Assembly: GCA_965205975.1 (NCBI GenBank)
Contig: OZ242195.1
Span: 896,001-960,000, forward strand
Direction: 5' to 3'
DNA: 64,000 nucleotides
DNA from: Candidatus Latescibacterota bacterium
GTDB lineage: Bacteria > Latescibacterota > UBA2968
Positions 10,181 to 19,363 of the stretch are shown here, piece after piece (positions within the stretch are counted from its first letter, which is position 1; each line of letters starts with the position of its first letter). Position numbers and translations under genes: made by a program. The notes beneath the pieces are model-generated. The model searched no databases. It was not told the origin of the DNA and worked only from the letters and a program-made list of their open reading frames with translations.

Positions 10181-10354
10181 TCAATATTCCTCAATGGAAT
10201 ATGACGAAACAAAATCATCATACATCAGCCTTTTTCCTTCAAAACCTTGCACAATCACTTTCATCTGCTCAATAGTGTCGTGGGGTCGGATATCCTGCCT
10301 CATTACGAACTCATTGACGTAGAGTTGCAAGTGTTTCTTGCTCATCTTGCGGTA
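10181..10354 (-). pseudogene. IS1595-family transposase C-terminal fragment
   Basis: Own translation: YRKMSKKHLQLYVNEFVMRQDIRPHDTIEQMKVIVQGFEGKRLMYDDF; matches the IS1595 C-terminal pattern (S.KHL..Y.NEF..R ... GKRL.Y). Confidence 0.75.
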
Positions 10355-10442
10355 CCTGAAAGTCGCTCCGCAATGCGGAGCGTTTTGAAAAGGTTCGGTA
10401 AAATTGTCGTATATTGCGTATAAAAAAAGGGACCGGCCCCCC

Positions 10443-10565
10443 TTAAAATTTTACTGCATCAAATCTGTCTGTCCTCGGCACAGGCTTGTCTGCGTATCCG
10501 TGCAAAAGGTCTTTGAGAAATTGTGCTGTAATCGCATAGACATCGTGATCGAGAAATAACCTCAT
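10443..10565 (-). pseudogene. Truncated DUF5615 (PIN-like) toxin
   Basis: ATGA overlap with DUF433; MRLFLDHDVYAITAQFLKDL then unrelated sequence and a stop after 40 aa. Confidence 0.7.
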
Positions 10566-10807
10566 CGCGCCTCTGAAATATGAATATCTCCCACCTGCAC
10601 TAAGTTAATCGCATAATGGATACAAGCGCGAATGTCGTCTTCTTGAAGGTCAGGAAAATAATCAGAGAGGATCGTCTTAAACGAGATTCCCTCACGCACC
10701 AATTCGAGAACATCAACCACGGGGATCCGGGTTCCTGCTACACAAGGCTTACCAAAATGAATTTGGGGATCAACCGCAATCCTACCTCGATAATTTCCAT
10801 TTTCCAT
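10562..10807 (-). CDS. DUF433 family antitoxin
   Basis: RIAVDPQIHFGKPCVAGTRIPV..VLE....G....IL.DYFPDL..DDIRACI.YA. Confidence 0.9.
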   Translation of the reverse strand: MENGNYRGRIAVDPQIHFGKPCVAGTRIPVVDVLELVREGISFKTILSDYFPDLQEDDIRACIHYAINLVQVGDIHISEAR

Positions 10808-10942
10808 ATCGCTTAGACTCCAATTTAACGATGCACGATGAATAATATTTCAACCAGGAAAGTACCGTATAAAAAGAAAAAAGTCAATTTTCTCGCCAAG
10901 GCAGATAGGGGTAGGCGGTAGAACAGGGATAGAGATAAAAAT

Positions 10943-11185
10943 TTCAGTGACTATTCACTTCAGTGACTATTCACTACTAATCCCGTGTTCGTCGAGCCAG
11001 GTTTTGAGGGGAACGTCTTCGGGAGTGGGGAGGTGTAGCCGCGACCACCGGAGTAGCTGACGCCGAGGAGTTGTTTTTGGATGGGCGTGCAGTGGTCGAG
11101 ATAGTGTTCAACTCGCATGTCGTCGCGGGGGCGAAGCCAGTGGTAGGAGTAGCCGTAGAAGAGGACGCGGCGGGGGTCTTGCCAG
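10943..11185 (-). repeat. Copy A of the PhyH gene 3' end (218 bp, 1-bp deletion) with a 16-bp tandem duplication at its stop
   Basis: 10967-11184 aligns to 14415-14633; TTCAGTGACTATTCAC is repeated at 10943-10958 and 10959-10974. Confidence 0.95.
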
Positions 11186-11248
11186 ATGCCATGAATTTTC
11201 AGCGATGGCGGATCAACTTTGCACATTATGTTGTGCCTGTCTGTCCTG

Positions 11249-11611
11249 CTACGGAGATGCAATCAGCGGTTCTATCTCCCGCTCAATTTGGCGACGTACC
11301 GTGTGCTCGGCGACATCGAGATCGTAGCGGGTCTGAAGATTGATCCAGAACTCAGGCGTCATGCCAAAGTAGTGACCAAGGCGTAGCGCGGTATCGATTG
11401 TAATTCCATTAATTCCATGCACGATAGCGTCTAAGTCCTCCTCCGAAACTTTGATCCCCTGAGCAAGGCGAGCCACACTGAGATTCATCGGAATAAGGAA
11501 CTCATCGCGCAGGATTTCACCAGGATGTACCGGAGATAGTAGCTGTCCGGTTGTGACTTCCGAGAAGTCAACTTTTCGCCGGTCCAGTTCTTCGCGTTTA
11601 ACGGTCATCAT
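11249..11611 (-). CDS. higA: HigA-family antitoxin (orphan)
   Basis: PVHPGEILRDEFL.P..LS...LA, ITIDTALRL..YFG.TPEFWINLQ..YDL; no higB adjacent. Confidence 0.9.
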   Translation of the reverse strand: MMTVKREELDRRKVDFSEVTTGQLLSPVHPGEILRDEFLIPMNLSVARLAQGIKVSEEDLDAIVHGINGITIDTALRLGHYFGMTPEFWINLQTRYDLDVAEHTVRRQIEREIEPLIASP

Positions 11612-11623
11612 TTATCTCCTCAA

Positions 11624-11682
11624 ACTATTCACTACTAATCCCGTGTTCTTCGAGCCAGGCTTTGAGAGACACGTCTTCGGGA
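11624..11682 (-). repeat. Copy B of the PhyH gene 3' end (59 bp)
   Basis: ACTATTCACTACTAATCCCGTGTTCTTCGAGCCAGGCTTTGAG..GTCTTCGGGA aligns to 14414-14472. Confidence 0.9.
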
Positions 11683-11718
11683 TTATCTATCATTTACGTC
11701 ATTATCGGTTTGTACTCT

Positions 11719-13275
11719 TCATGCAAGAGCTGTCTCGAACCCTATCAGATTGCGGGTCTCGCGGCTGAACTCTACCCCGATCATAAAAATCGGCTCGCCC
11801 AAGTCGCGGTATTTGTCCGCATAGCCCTTTGCCTGCAATTGCGCCATTGCAGACCCTTCCGGTGCCAATTCCACCACTTTGAACTCGAACAGATACACAG
11901 TGTCGTTGAAACGAACCACCATGTCCAGACGCCCATCGCTGCCACTGTCTTCCACAACGATGTCGAATCCCACCGATGCGAAGTAGGAGTAGAACACGCT
12001 GGCATAGTAGCCTTCGTAGTTCGCTATATCATTGTTTGTGTGCCACTGATAGGGAATGCTGGCGAAAAACGCCTTGAACAGGCTTTCCAGGCCAGCGAAG
12101 TCATTGACCAGCAGCAGGTCATACAGACGGGCGCGATGCTCCGTGCGCTGTGAGGGATCGCCAGTCAGGTGATTTAGCAGGCTCCTGTTCAAGCTCTGAC
12201 GCACTTCCCGATTCGGATAGGATAGCCGATAATACATCTCGCCACCGCGCGGTTCGGTTTGGATAATCGTGAGATAGCCGGTCTGGAACAGCAGGGCTTC
12301 GGTGGCGATGTGGTCAACATCAAAAGCCGACAGCAAATCATCACTGCCCAGCATGTTGTCCAGCGCCAGCGCACCGACCCCGCGCGATAGTAGCGTCTCG
12401 ATCAGAAATGTAGGCGTGCCGGTCTCAAACCAGTAGGCTTCGAAGCTCTGCCTTCTGAACAGCAGGAGGATGTCGAAGGGGTTATAGACCTTCTCCTGTC
12501 CCCGCCAGCTATAGCCATTGTACCAGTCGCGGATCTCATCCCTGTCCAGACCCGGCAGTTCCGGTGCGAACACCGTGTCGAGGTCCTCCTCGGTGTAGCC
12601 GCAGATGGCGGAATATTGTGGATCAATGGTGATGTCTGTAAGATTGTTGAGGCCAGAGAACAGGCTGACTTTGGAGAATTTGCTGACGCCCGTGAGGAAT
12701 GTGAATTTGATATAGGCATCACTGGACTTGATGGTTGAATACAGACCGCGCAGAAAATCGCGGTTGGCGCGTGCGACCTCTGGCACCTCAAGCGCGTCCA
12801 GAATCGGCTTGTCGTATTCATCAACAAGCACGACAACACGCTGTCCAGCACAATCGTGCAATGCCTCAATCAGTGAGGCAAAACGCCCCGGTGCTGTCAC
12901 GGCCTCTGTAACCACTCCAGAGCGGTTTTCAATGGCGGTCAGTTGCTCCATCACATTTGCCTGCAAGTAGTCAGGCTCTTTGAAATTGCCGCTGCCAAAA
13001 TCGAGTCGCACAACGGGATAGCGAACAGACCAGTCCCAGTGGTCATGGATATGAAGCCCCTCAAACAGCGGTTCATTGCCCTCGAACAGTTCCTTCAGTG
13101 TGTCCAGAAACAGGCTTTTGCCAAAGCGACGTGGACGCGATAAAAAGTAGTGTGTGCCCTCGTCTATCAGTCGCCGCATGTGGACCGTTTTATCGACATA
13201 GTAGCAGTTTTCCTCCCGAATTTTACGGAAGGTCTGAACGCCGATAGGCAGCTTGCATCTGTCTGATATGCCCAT
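11719..13275 (-). CDS. AAA-ATPase-like protein with C-terminal PD-(D/E)XK nuclease (DUF1703/PDDEXK_9 type)
   Basis: LPIGVQTF..IR, YVDKT, SRPRRFGKS, VDEYDKP, FETGTP, GRLD...FEFK motifs. Confidence 0.93.
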   Translation of the reverse strand: MGISDRCKLPIGVQTFRKIREENCYYVDKTVHMRRLIDEGTHYFLSRPRRFGKSLFLDTLKELFEGNEPLFEGLHIHDHWDWSVRYPVVRLDFGSGNFKEPDYLQANVMEQLTAIENRSGVVTEAVTAPGRFASLIEALHDCAGQRVVVLVDEYDKPILDALEVPEVARANRDFLRGLYSTIKSSDAYIKFTFLTGVSKFSKVSLFSGLNNLTDITIDPQYSAICGYTEEDLDTVFAPELPGLDRDEIRDWYNGYSWRGQEKVYNPFDILLLFRRQSFEAYWFETGTPTFLIETLLSRGVGALALDNMLGSDDLLSAFDVDHIATEALLFQTGYLTIIQTEPRGGEMYYRLSYPNREVRQSLNRSLLNHLTGDPSQRTEHRARLYDLLLVNDFAGLESLFKAFFASIPYQWHTNNDIANYEGYYASVFYSYFASVGFDIVVEDSGSDGRLDMVVRFNDTVYLFEFKVVELAPEGSAMAQLQAKGYADKYRDLGEPIFMIGVEFSRETRNLIGFETALA

Positions 13276-13387
13276 CTCTCATCTCCAGATTGTGATGTCA
13301 GTGCCGCCGGTTGATCAATAACCGACTTGATTGATGCAAACATGCCTGCCTATTCGAATCCACAGCATTGCACTTAAAAATTTTTAG

Positions 13388-13609
13388 TGACTATTCACCA
13401 CTGATCCCGTGTTCGTCGAGCCAGGTTTTGAGGGGCGCGTCTTCGGGGGTGGGGGAGGTATAGCCGCGTCCACCGGAGTAGCTGACGCCGAGGAGTTGTT
13501 TTTGGATGGGTGTGCAGCAGTCGAGATAGTGTTCAACTCGCATGTCGTCGCGGGGGCGAAGCCAGCGGTAAGAGTAGCCGTAGAAGAGGACGCGGCGGGG
13601 TTCTTTCCA
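13388..13609 (-). repeat. Copy C of the PhyH gene 3' end (219 bp, frame intact)
   Basis: 13391-13609 aligns to 14415-14633 with 19 mismatches; reads WKEPRRVLFYGYSYRWLRPRDDMRVEHYLDCCTPIQKQLLGVSYSGGRGYTSPTPEDAPLKTWLDEHGISGE*. Confidence 0.96.
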
Positions 13610-13652
13610 TCAGAAAACACCGATCTTACACGACCCTATGAGTGGCACTGCT

Positions 13653-13991
13653 TCACTGATGCCGTATCTGAATTGTCCAAATTCCAGACGGCAAACTATC
13701 CCAAGCCATAACGCTACTGGCGACAAATTCGGCTTTCACTGAATCTGGCACATCGCTGTGAATACGAAACAAGATGACGCCGTGAGGGGCGGACATACCG
13801 TCACGATGCACAAGGTCTCCAAAGTCCTTATCATACGTTATCAGCGCACGTCTTTCCCGCGTTGCCAATTCCAGCAGGTTGGGGTCTGCTTCGCCCCGGT
13901 CCGTTTCCTTCGTCCATCGCACATCCTGGCCTGCAGCACGTAGCCGGACAACGACCTGCTCCGATATATTTTCGTCGGCAAGTATTCTCAT
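13653..13991 (-). CDS. DUF5615 PIN-like toxin
   Basis: MRILADENI...LRAAGQDV...D..LL..A..E.R.LIT.DKDFG motif. Confidence 0.9.
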   Translation of the reverse strand: MRILADENISEQVVVRLRAAGQDVRWTKETDRGEADPNLLELATRERRALITYDKDFGDLVHRDGMSAPHGVILFRIHSDVPDSVKAEFVASSVMAWDSLPSGIWTIQIRHQ

Positions 13992-14261
13992 CTACCGTTT
14001 GCCATCCATAATCGCATCAATATCCTCCCAAGTCACATTGGACAGCTTTGCACCAGTAGCGGCGTATTTTCGACAGGCTCGGATATCCTCCGGGGTGATG
14101 TGCGAGTACATACGAATGATATCGGCTTCACTGCGCCCCCCGTCCAGCAATTCCATGATCAGTTCCACCGAAATCCGAGTGCCTTTTATTGTTGGTTTCC
14201 CGGCCAGTATCAACGGGTCAGTGACAATGCGATTCTGCCAGATTGGATTCTTATTTATCAT
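13992..14261 (-). CDS. DUF433 family antitoxin
   Basis: RIVTDPLILAGKPTIKGTRISVE; RBS AGGAGG. Confidence 0.92.
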   Translation of the reverse strand: MINKNPIWQNRIVTDPLILAGKPTIKGTRISVELIMELLDGGRSEADIIRMYSHITPEDIRACRKYAATGAKLSNVTWEDIDAIMDGKR

Positions 14262-14344
14262 AACGTGTCTCCTCCTTTAGACTCTGGTCTCTGCAACCTC
14301 ATTACCTACCCGGAGTCTGTAAAAAAGTTCCAGGTGACAAAGAC

Positions 14345-14373
14345 AGTATATTCAGTTCTGCATGTTTTGTCAA
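14345..14373 (-). promoter_or_regulatory. Sigma70-type promoter for DUF433-DUF5615
   Basis: TTGACA-N17-TATACT on the minus strand. Confidence 0.7.
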
Positions 14374-14414
14374 CGCGCTGTCTTCATTCTCCTGCTCACC
14401 ACCTGTGCCGTTGA

Positions 14415-15260
14415 CTATTCACTACTGATCCCGTGTTCTTCAAGCCAGGCTTTGAGGGGCGCGTCTTCGGGAGTGGGGGAGGTGTAGCCTCGACCACCGG
14501 AGTAGCTGACGCCGAGGAGTTGTTTTTGAATGGGCGTGCAGCGGTCGAGATAGTGTTCTACCTGCATGTCGTCGCGGGGGCGAAGCCAGCGATAGGAGTA
14601 GCCGTAGAAGAGTACGCGGCGAGGTTCCTTCCAGTAGTTGGTACTGGCGGAGTGCCATAAGCGGCGGTCAAAAAACACGGCTGATCCAGGGGGTACGAGC
14701 ACCGGGATAGCGTCTTTGTGTAGCGCGTTGCGGTCTTCTCCGGGAAATGTGTTTTGCGTTTGGCTCTTGGGAAGGACGTAGAAATTGCCGCGGCCCTGCT
14801 CAGTCGTGTCGGTAAGAAAAAAGCCGATTTTGAGGGAGATCATGGGACGCGGGTTCATGTCAAAATCCTGATTGATGCGGCCGCTGTCTTGATGGAAGCC
14901 GAGTCCGGGTCCGTCTTTTTCGAATGTTTTGTGCGGTTCTGCAGGGGGTGTCACGGTCATGTGGGTGTGGTAGAGTTGGATGTGCCAGCCCAGGATGCCC
15001 CACACTTTGGGGAATGTTTTGTACCAGTCGAGCAAGGGCAAAAAGTGGTCGTCTTTGCCTATGAAGTCGTAGTGGTTGATGCGCGCTGTGGCACTTTTGC
15101 CCATCCGAGCGCGTTCTTCTTTATCCACGCGATCTACTGCGGCGACGAGATCGCTGACCATATCGGGTGGTAGGGCATCTGGAACGATGAAATAGCCATC
15201 TCGTTTGAATTTGCGCGCTTCTTCTTCTGTCAGACAATAATCGAGACATTTGGGGTGCAT
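14415..15260 (-). CDS. Phytanoyl-CoA dioxygenase (PhyH) family Fe(II)/2OG oxygenase
   Basis: F..DGYFIVPDAL, HQD facial-triad motif, distal WHSA. Confidence 0.9.
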   Translation of the reverse strand: MHPKCLDYCLTEEEARKFKRDGYFIVPDALPPDMVSDLVAAVDRVDKEERARMGKSATARINHYDFIGKDDHFLPLLDWYKTFPKVWGILGWHIQLYHTHMTVTPPAEPHKTFEKDGPGLGFHQDSGRINQDFDMNPRPMISLKIGFFLTDTTEQGRGNFYVLPKSQTQNTFPGEDRNALHKDAIPVLVPPGSAVFFDRRLWHSASTNYWKEPRRVLFYGYSYRWLRPRDDMQVEHYLDRCTPIQKQLLGVSYSGGRGYTSPTPEDAPLKAWLEEHGISSE

Positions 15261-15276
15261 TGTTTGGCTCCTTATC

Positions 15277-15738
15277 TCAGGTCTTTGTTTTACAACGTCG
15301 CGTCAGTACATACCGATCTTCTGCGGCGCGATAATAACCTTTCACAAAGTTTCTCTCGCTAAATCCCCATTTTTCGTACAGGGAAATAGCACTTTCATTT
15401 TCGGGATCTACTGTTAAAAAGCAGTCCACGCCGATTTGATCGCAGGCGGCTAAAATCGCGTCGAACAAAGCGGAACCTATGCCTTTCCCGCGATAGGGAT
15501 GATCTACAAATACTTTGTGCAAACAATAAAGGCTGTCCGTCCTCGTGGGAAATGCCAGCACAGCACCGATCAGTTTCTCGCGCTCCCACGCACAAAACAC
15601 CAGTGCGTGCTCTGTCCACAATCGCCAGACGTGTTCGCCATCGGGAATATACTCAGAATTTCGGTTTTGTGCCCATGCTTCTCGATCCAATTTTGCGATT
15701 TCCAAAAAATCGCGTGTCTTGGCACGTTGGATGTGCAT
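15277..15738 (-). CDS. GNAT family N-acetyltransferase
   Basis: VFVDHPYRGKGIGSAL, N.SAISLYEKWGF. Confidence 0.9.
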   Translation of the reverse strand: MHIQRAKTRDFLEIAKLDREAWAQNRNSEYIPDGEHVWRLWTEHALVFCAWEREKLIGAVLAFPTRTDSLYCLHKVFVDHPYRGKGIGSALFDAILAACDQIGVDCFLTVDPENESAISLYEKWGFSERNFVKGYYRAAEDRYVLTRRCKTKT

Positions 15739-15969
15739 TTCAAATACTCCTGCGAATAGCGGTTTGTACCTGTGTAGATATGTAGAAATGTTCGATGTGC
15801 GTCAAGTTATTTTGTATGTCTTATGGGAGATCCTTCAAAGGCATTGACATTATTACAGCAAGTCCTATCTTCAGATGCGGTTGGCAACTACAAGTTCATC
15901 CACTTTCAGCTTTTGGCCCTTTGTTTTGCCGACCGATAGCGGCTGAGAGCTACCAATTGGGAGATAAAA

Positions 15970-16731
15970 ATGAAGTTGGGTATTGTCACGTATCAGATCG
16001 CTGCGGACTGGGATGTTGCCACGATTATCGAAACCTGTGCCGAACTCGGTTATGGCGGTGCCGAGTTGCGTACCACGCATGCTCACGGCGTTGAATCAGA
16101 TCTTTCGGCAGGACAAAGGGAAGATATCCGCAAACAATTCGAAGATGGTGGGGTCGAAATCGCGGGTTTAGGCTCGGCGTTTGAATATCATTCGGATGAT
16201 CTCGGCGTTGTGCGCGAAAATATCGATGGGACAATTGAATACGCCAAACTCGCCGCTGATCTGGGCTGCCCAGGCGTTAAGGTGCGGCCCAATGGCCTGC
16301 AAACCGAGAAGGGCATTTCGGTGGATCAAACGCTCGAACAAATTGGCAAATCCGTGCGTGAATGCGCGATTGCCGCTGATGATCTGGGGGTGCAAATCCG
16401 GGTGGAAGTACACGGGCGAGAAACGCAAAAACCTGCGTATATGCGCACGATTATGGATTGGGCAGATCACGACAATGCAAAGATATGCTGGAATTCGAAT
16501 TTGGGCGAGGTTGAAGATGGCTCTATCAAAGCCAATTTTGAACTGCTCAAACACAAGATCGGTCTGGTACACATCACAGAATTGTGCAATCCGGACTATC
16601 CCTGGCGCGAACTCTTTTCTCTTCTCAATGCCGAAGGCTATGCGGGATATACGCTGGCTGAAATCCCCGGTAGCTCAGATGCCGAGCGTCTGCTTCGATA
16701 TTACAAGGCACTGTGGGAAGCGTATCAGTAG
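15970..16731 (+). CDS. Sugar phosphate isomerase/epimerase (AP-endonuclease-2 TIM barrel)
   Basis: GYGGAELR, VEVHG, VHI motifs; upstream TTGACA promoter-like element. Confidence 0.85.
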   Translation: MKLGIVTYQIAADWDVATIIETCAELGYGGAELRTTHAHGVESDLSAGQREDIRKQFEDGGVEIAGLGSAFEYHSDDLGVVRENIDGTIEYAKLAADLGCPGVKVRPNGLQTEKGISVDQTLEQIGKSVRECAIAADDLGVQIRVEVHGRETQKPAYMRTIMDWADHDNAKICWNSNLGEVEDGSIKANFELLKHKIGLVHITELCNPDYPWRELFSLLNAEGYAGYTLAEIPGSSDAERLLRYYKALWEAYQ

Positions 16732-16750
16732 ATAGGCTCCGTCCCTTCTG

Positions 16751-17434
16751 ATGAGCGTACAAAAAGAAATTTACGCCCTCAAACGCGAACTCGCCGCGCG
16801 CTATCAACTCGGCGAAGAACACCACAATATTTGTGGGCGCAAAATAGGTGTGACGTGTGTTGAAGATGCCGAAGCACTCTTTGACAAAATGCAAATGGCC
16901 GATCCCAATAGCATCGAGATTCAGGATGAACGTCTGCCTTATTGGGCAACGCTTTGGGATTCTGCGCTTGTTTTGTCCGATGTTCTGCTCGCGGATAATC
17001 TGATTGTGCCAGGCGAATCTGTGCTTGAACTCGGCTGTGGATTGGGCCTTGTCTCATCTATTGCCTGTCTCAAACGCGCGCGTGTCACTGCCACGGATTA
17101 CCAGCCCGACGCACTCAAGTTTGCGCAACTCAACGGGTTGCAAATTGCGGGCATTGTTCCACAGACGATGCTCATCGACTGGCGCACCCCGCCGCAAGAT
17201 CAGCACTATACCACCTTGTTGGGCGCAGACCTCGTGTACGAATTGCGCTTTTTCGATCCTCTCATAGCCACATTTAACGCCCTTCTTGCACCGGGAGGGC
17301 GCATTTTATTTTCTGAACCCAATCGCGTTTTAGGTAGATCTTTTTTTGACCGTCTCCAGGATGCGGGCTGGGCGTTTTCCACTATAACCGAGCGGGAAGG
17401 GGCGACAGTGTATGAGATCGTGAGATGTGATTAA
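16751..17434 (+). CDS. SAM-dependent methyltransferase (Methyltransf_16 / protein-lysine MT-like)
   Basis: PYWATLWDSA, VLELGCGLG, TDY, GADLVYE. Confidence 0.88.
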   Translation: MSVQKEIYALKRELAARYQLGEEHHNICGRKIGVTCVEDAEALFDKMQMADPNSIEIQDERLPYWATLWDSALVLSDVLLADNLIVPGESVLELGCGLGLVSSIACLKRARVTATDYQPDALKFAQLNGLQIAGIVPQTMLIDWRTPPQDQHYTTLLGADLVYELRFFDPLIATFNALLAPGGRILFSEPNRVLGRSFFDRLQDAGWAFSTITEREGATVYEIVRCD

Positions 17435-18321
17435 AACACATCCAGTGCCGCTACTTCGATTTCTTTTCGCAATGCTTTCTCTTCTTCCTCGTCGAGCGGA
17501 CGTGTTGGCTTGATGGGATCGCCGCACTCGATTCCCTGCCAGCGCAATACGGCGCGTACGCTGCCGTGCCCACCGTATTTTTGACAAATTCGAATTAGTT
17601 CATTCACGCCTGCTTGCAATGTGCGTGCCGTGTCCAAATCGCGCTTGTTCACCGCTTCGTAAATGCCCACAAAATGCGCGGGCATCACATTGTAAAATGT
17701 GCCAATACCCCCCTGAGCACCTACCGCAATGCCCGATAGGGCCACTTCGTCATGTCCGTTAAAAATATGCGGTTTATGCGGTCCATTGAGTATGCGTTCC
17801 ATTAAGAACAAGTTGAAATTTGTGAATTTGATGCCCACCACGCCTTTGAGTGCGAGCATCTGGTCGATTTGTTCAAACGAATACTCCTGATGCGTGACCA
17901 CGGGGATGTAATACACAAAGACCGGCAAGCTTGCCGCCGAACTCAGCGCACTGTAATACGCCAATATGTCGTCAAAACGATATCCCTGTACATAAGGGGG
18001 CAAACTCGAAATGCCATCGGCTCCTGCATTTGCTGCGTGTTTGGCGAGTTCAACCGCATCGCGCTCAGAGGGGGCACCAACGTGTACTACGACTCGGCCA
18101 TGTCCTTTTGATGCTTTGACGGCAATCTCTGTGGCCAACTTGCGCTCGGCCATTGTCATCAAATAGCCTTCGCCCGTATTGCCCGCTACATACACGCCGT
18201 GTGATCCCTGTTCGTAAATACGCGCCATGAGTTTTTCGTACGCCGAGACGCTAAATGCACCCGCCCCATCTCTGGGGCTGACCAGTGCGGGATACATGCC
18301 CTTAAAACCGTCGAGTATCAC
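17431..18321 (-). CDS. DHDPS / N-acetylneuraminate lyase family aldolase
   Basis: GNTGE, YYIP, GIKFT Schiff-base Lys, GxDE. Confidence 0.9.
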   Translation of the reverse strand: MILDGFKGMYPALVSPRDGAGAFSVSAYEKLMARIYEQGSHGVYVAGNTGEGYLMTMAERKLATEIAVKASKGHGRVVVHVGAPSERDAVELAKHAANAGADGISSLPPYVQGYRFDDILAYYSALSSAASLPVFVYYIPVVTHQEYSFEQIDQMLALKGVVGIKFTNFNLFLMERILNGPHKPHIFNGHDEVALSGIAVGAQGGIGTFYNVMPAHFVGIYEAVNKRDLDTARTLQAGVNELIRICQKYGGHGSVRAVLRWQGIECGDPIKPTRPLDEEEEKALRKEIEVAALDVF

Positions 18322-19325
18322 AGGGCACCTCCGGTCTTTTCGTAAAGGGCGCGGGATAGTGATTCGATTTGTGTGCGTTCAACCAGTGTCTCTACGAGAT
18401 GTTGCGGCAAACCCGCTGTTCCGTGATACAAACCGCTCAATGTGCCGGCAATGGCTGCAAATGTATCTACATCTCCACCCGTGAGTAGGGCGCGTTCAAC
18501 TGTGGGGATAAATTCGCCTTCTGCGCGCAAAAATGCCTCCAAAGCTACGACAATTGTGGCCTGGGCTTCGCTTGGAATGGCATTTTTTCGTGATGATTCG
18601 GGCATCTTTACCATGGCCGCCCACGCATCTTCCTCGTTCATTGTCAGCAATGTGCGTACCTGTGCGATTAGTTCGCCTGTGGATTCGCAAATCGGTCTGG
18701 CCGACCACTCGGCTACGTCCAGCACCTCATTCCCATCCAGCGGGCGATGTGTTACCAGATGTCCTACCACATGGGCCATTGCGACTGCAGGTGCAACTGC
18801 GCGTGGATCCTGGTGCGTCACATGGCTCGCCGCAATAGCATCTTCCTGGATATTTTCACCGGTTGCCCAGTGCCACAAGCCCACTGGCGCGATTTTCATG
18901 ACCGCTCCGTTGGAGGGGTGGTCCTTTGATGCGGCTTCGGACCACGCCAGACCCTGATCGAGGCGTTCCAGAGTCTCCTTAAAAGCCCTGCCATACATTT
19001 GCAGGAGTCCCTCGCGCCACATCGCCAAAAATCGGTTGCTCAGGTCTTCGGGATCGACCTTTTCACACGCTATAATTGACTCAACGAGGACGAGGGTTTG
19101 CTGGGTATCGTCTGTATATTCTCCAGCTGGCCGGGTCAACACGCCTTCCCGATTGACCCGACCGCGATAGTGGTCTGTCAATCCCTCTACTGCTCTGATC
19201 CGATCCCTGTCCCATCCCTCGCAAAAACAGCCCAGGGAATCGCCTATTGCGCCGCCCAGTAGCGCGCCTACAAACATATCTTCGACCTCGATGTCTTCTA
19301 TATCGTCGTCCCAATAATCAGCCAT
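18318..19325 (-). CDS. ADP-ribosylglycohydrolase family protein
   Basis: GAIGDSLG, YTDDTQQ, NGAVMKIAP, TH, GGDVDT. Confidence 0.92.
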   Translation of the reverse strand: MADYWDDDIEDIEVEDMFVGALLGGAIGDSLGCFCEGWDRDRIRAVEGLTDHYRGRVNREGVLTRPAGEYTDDTQQTLVLVESIIACEKVDPEDLSNRFLAMWREGLLQMYGRAFKETLERLDQGLAWSEAASKDHPSNGAVMKIAPVGLWHWATGENIQEDAIAASHVTHQDPRAVAPAVAMAHVVGHLVTHRPLDGNEVLDVAEWSARPICESTGELIAQVRTLLTMNEEDAWAAMVKMPESSRKNAIPSEAQATIVVALEAFLRAEGEFIPTVERALLTGGDVDTFAAIAGTLSGLYHGTAGLPQHLVETLVERTQIESLSRALYEKTGGAL

Positions 19326-19363
19326 AATTCAAACCTCAAGTTTAATCAGTGTAAAAAGAGCCT

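Larger units (their letters stand above)
7656..10354 (-). mobile_element. Probable degenerate IS1595-family (ISNwi1-like) element with passenger DNA
   Basis: Transposase C-terminal fragment at 10181-10354; GGGGATTAT-type terminus at 7656; no second terminus found. Confidence 0.45.

Noticed and set aside
9808..10322. Short ORFs 9808-10056, 9854-10066 and 10005-10322
   Set aside because: No motifs, mutually overlapping, and partly antisense to the IS1595 fragment.
10960..11262. ORFs 10960-11262, 10977-11192 and 13384-13620 as real genes
   Set aside because: They arise from read-through or alternative frames of the PhyH tail copies.
10943..14633. Diversity-generating retroelement (TR/VR) explanation for the PhyH tail repeats
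   Set aside because: Mismatches are not adenine-specific, are mostly synonymous third-position changes, and no reverse transcriptase is present.
10943..14633. CRISPR array or integron attC array
   Set aside because: The repeats are coding-sequence copies of unequal length separated by whole genes. No cas or intI gene and no attC-like structure was recognised.
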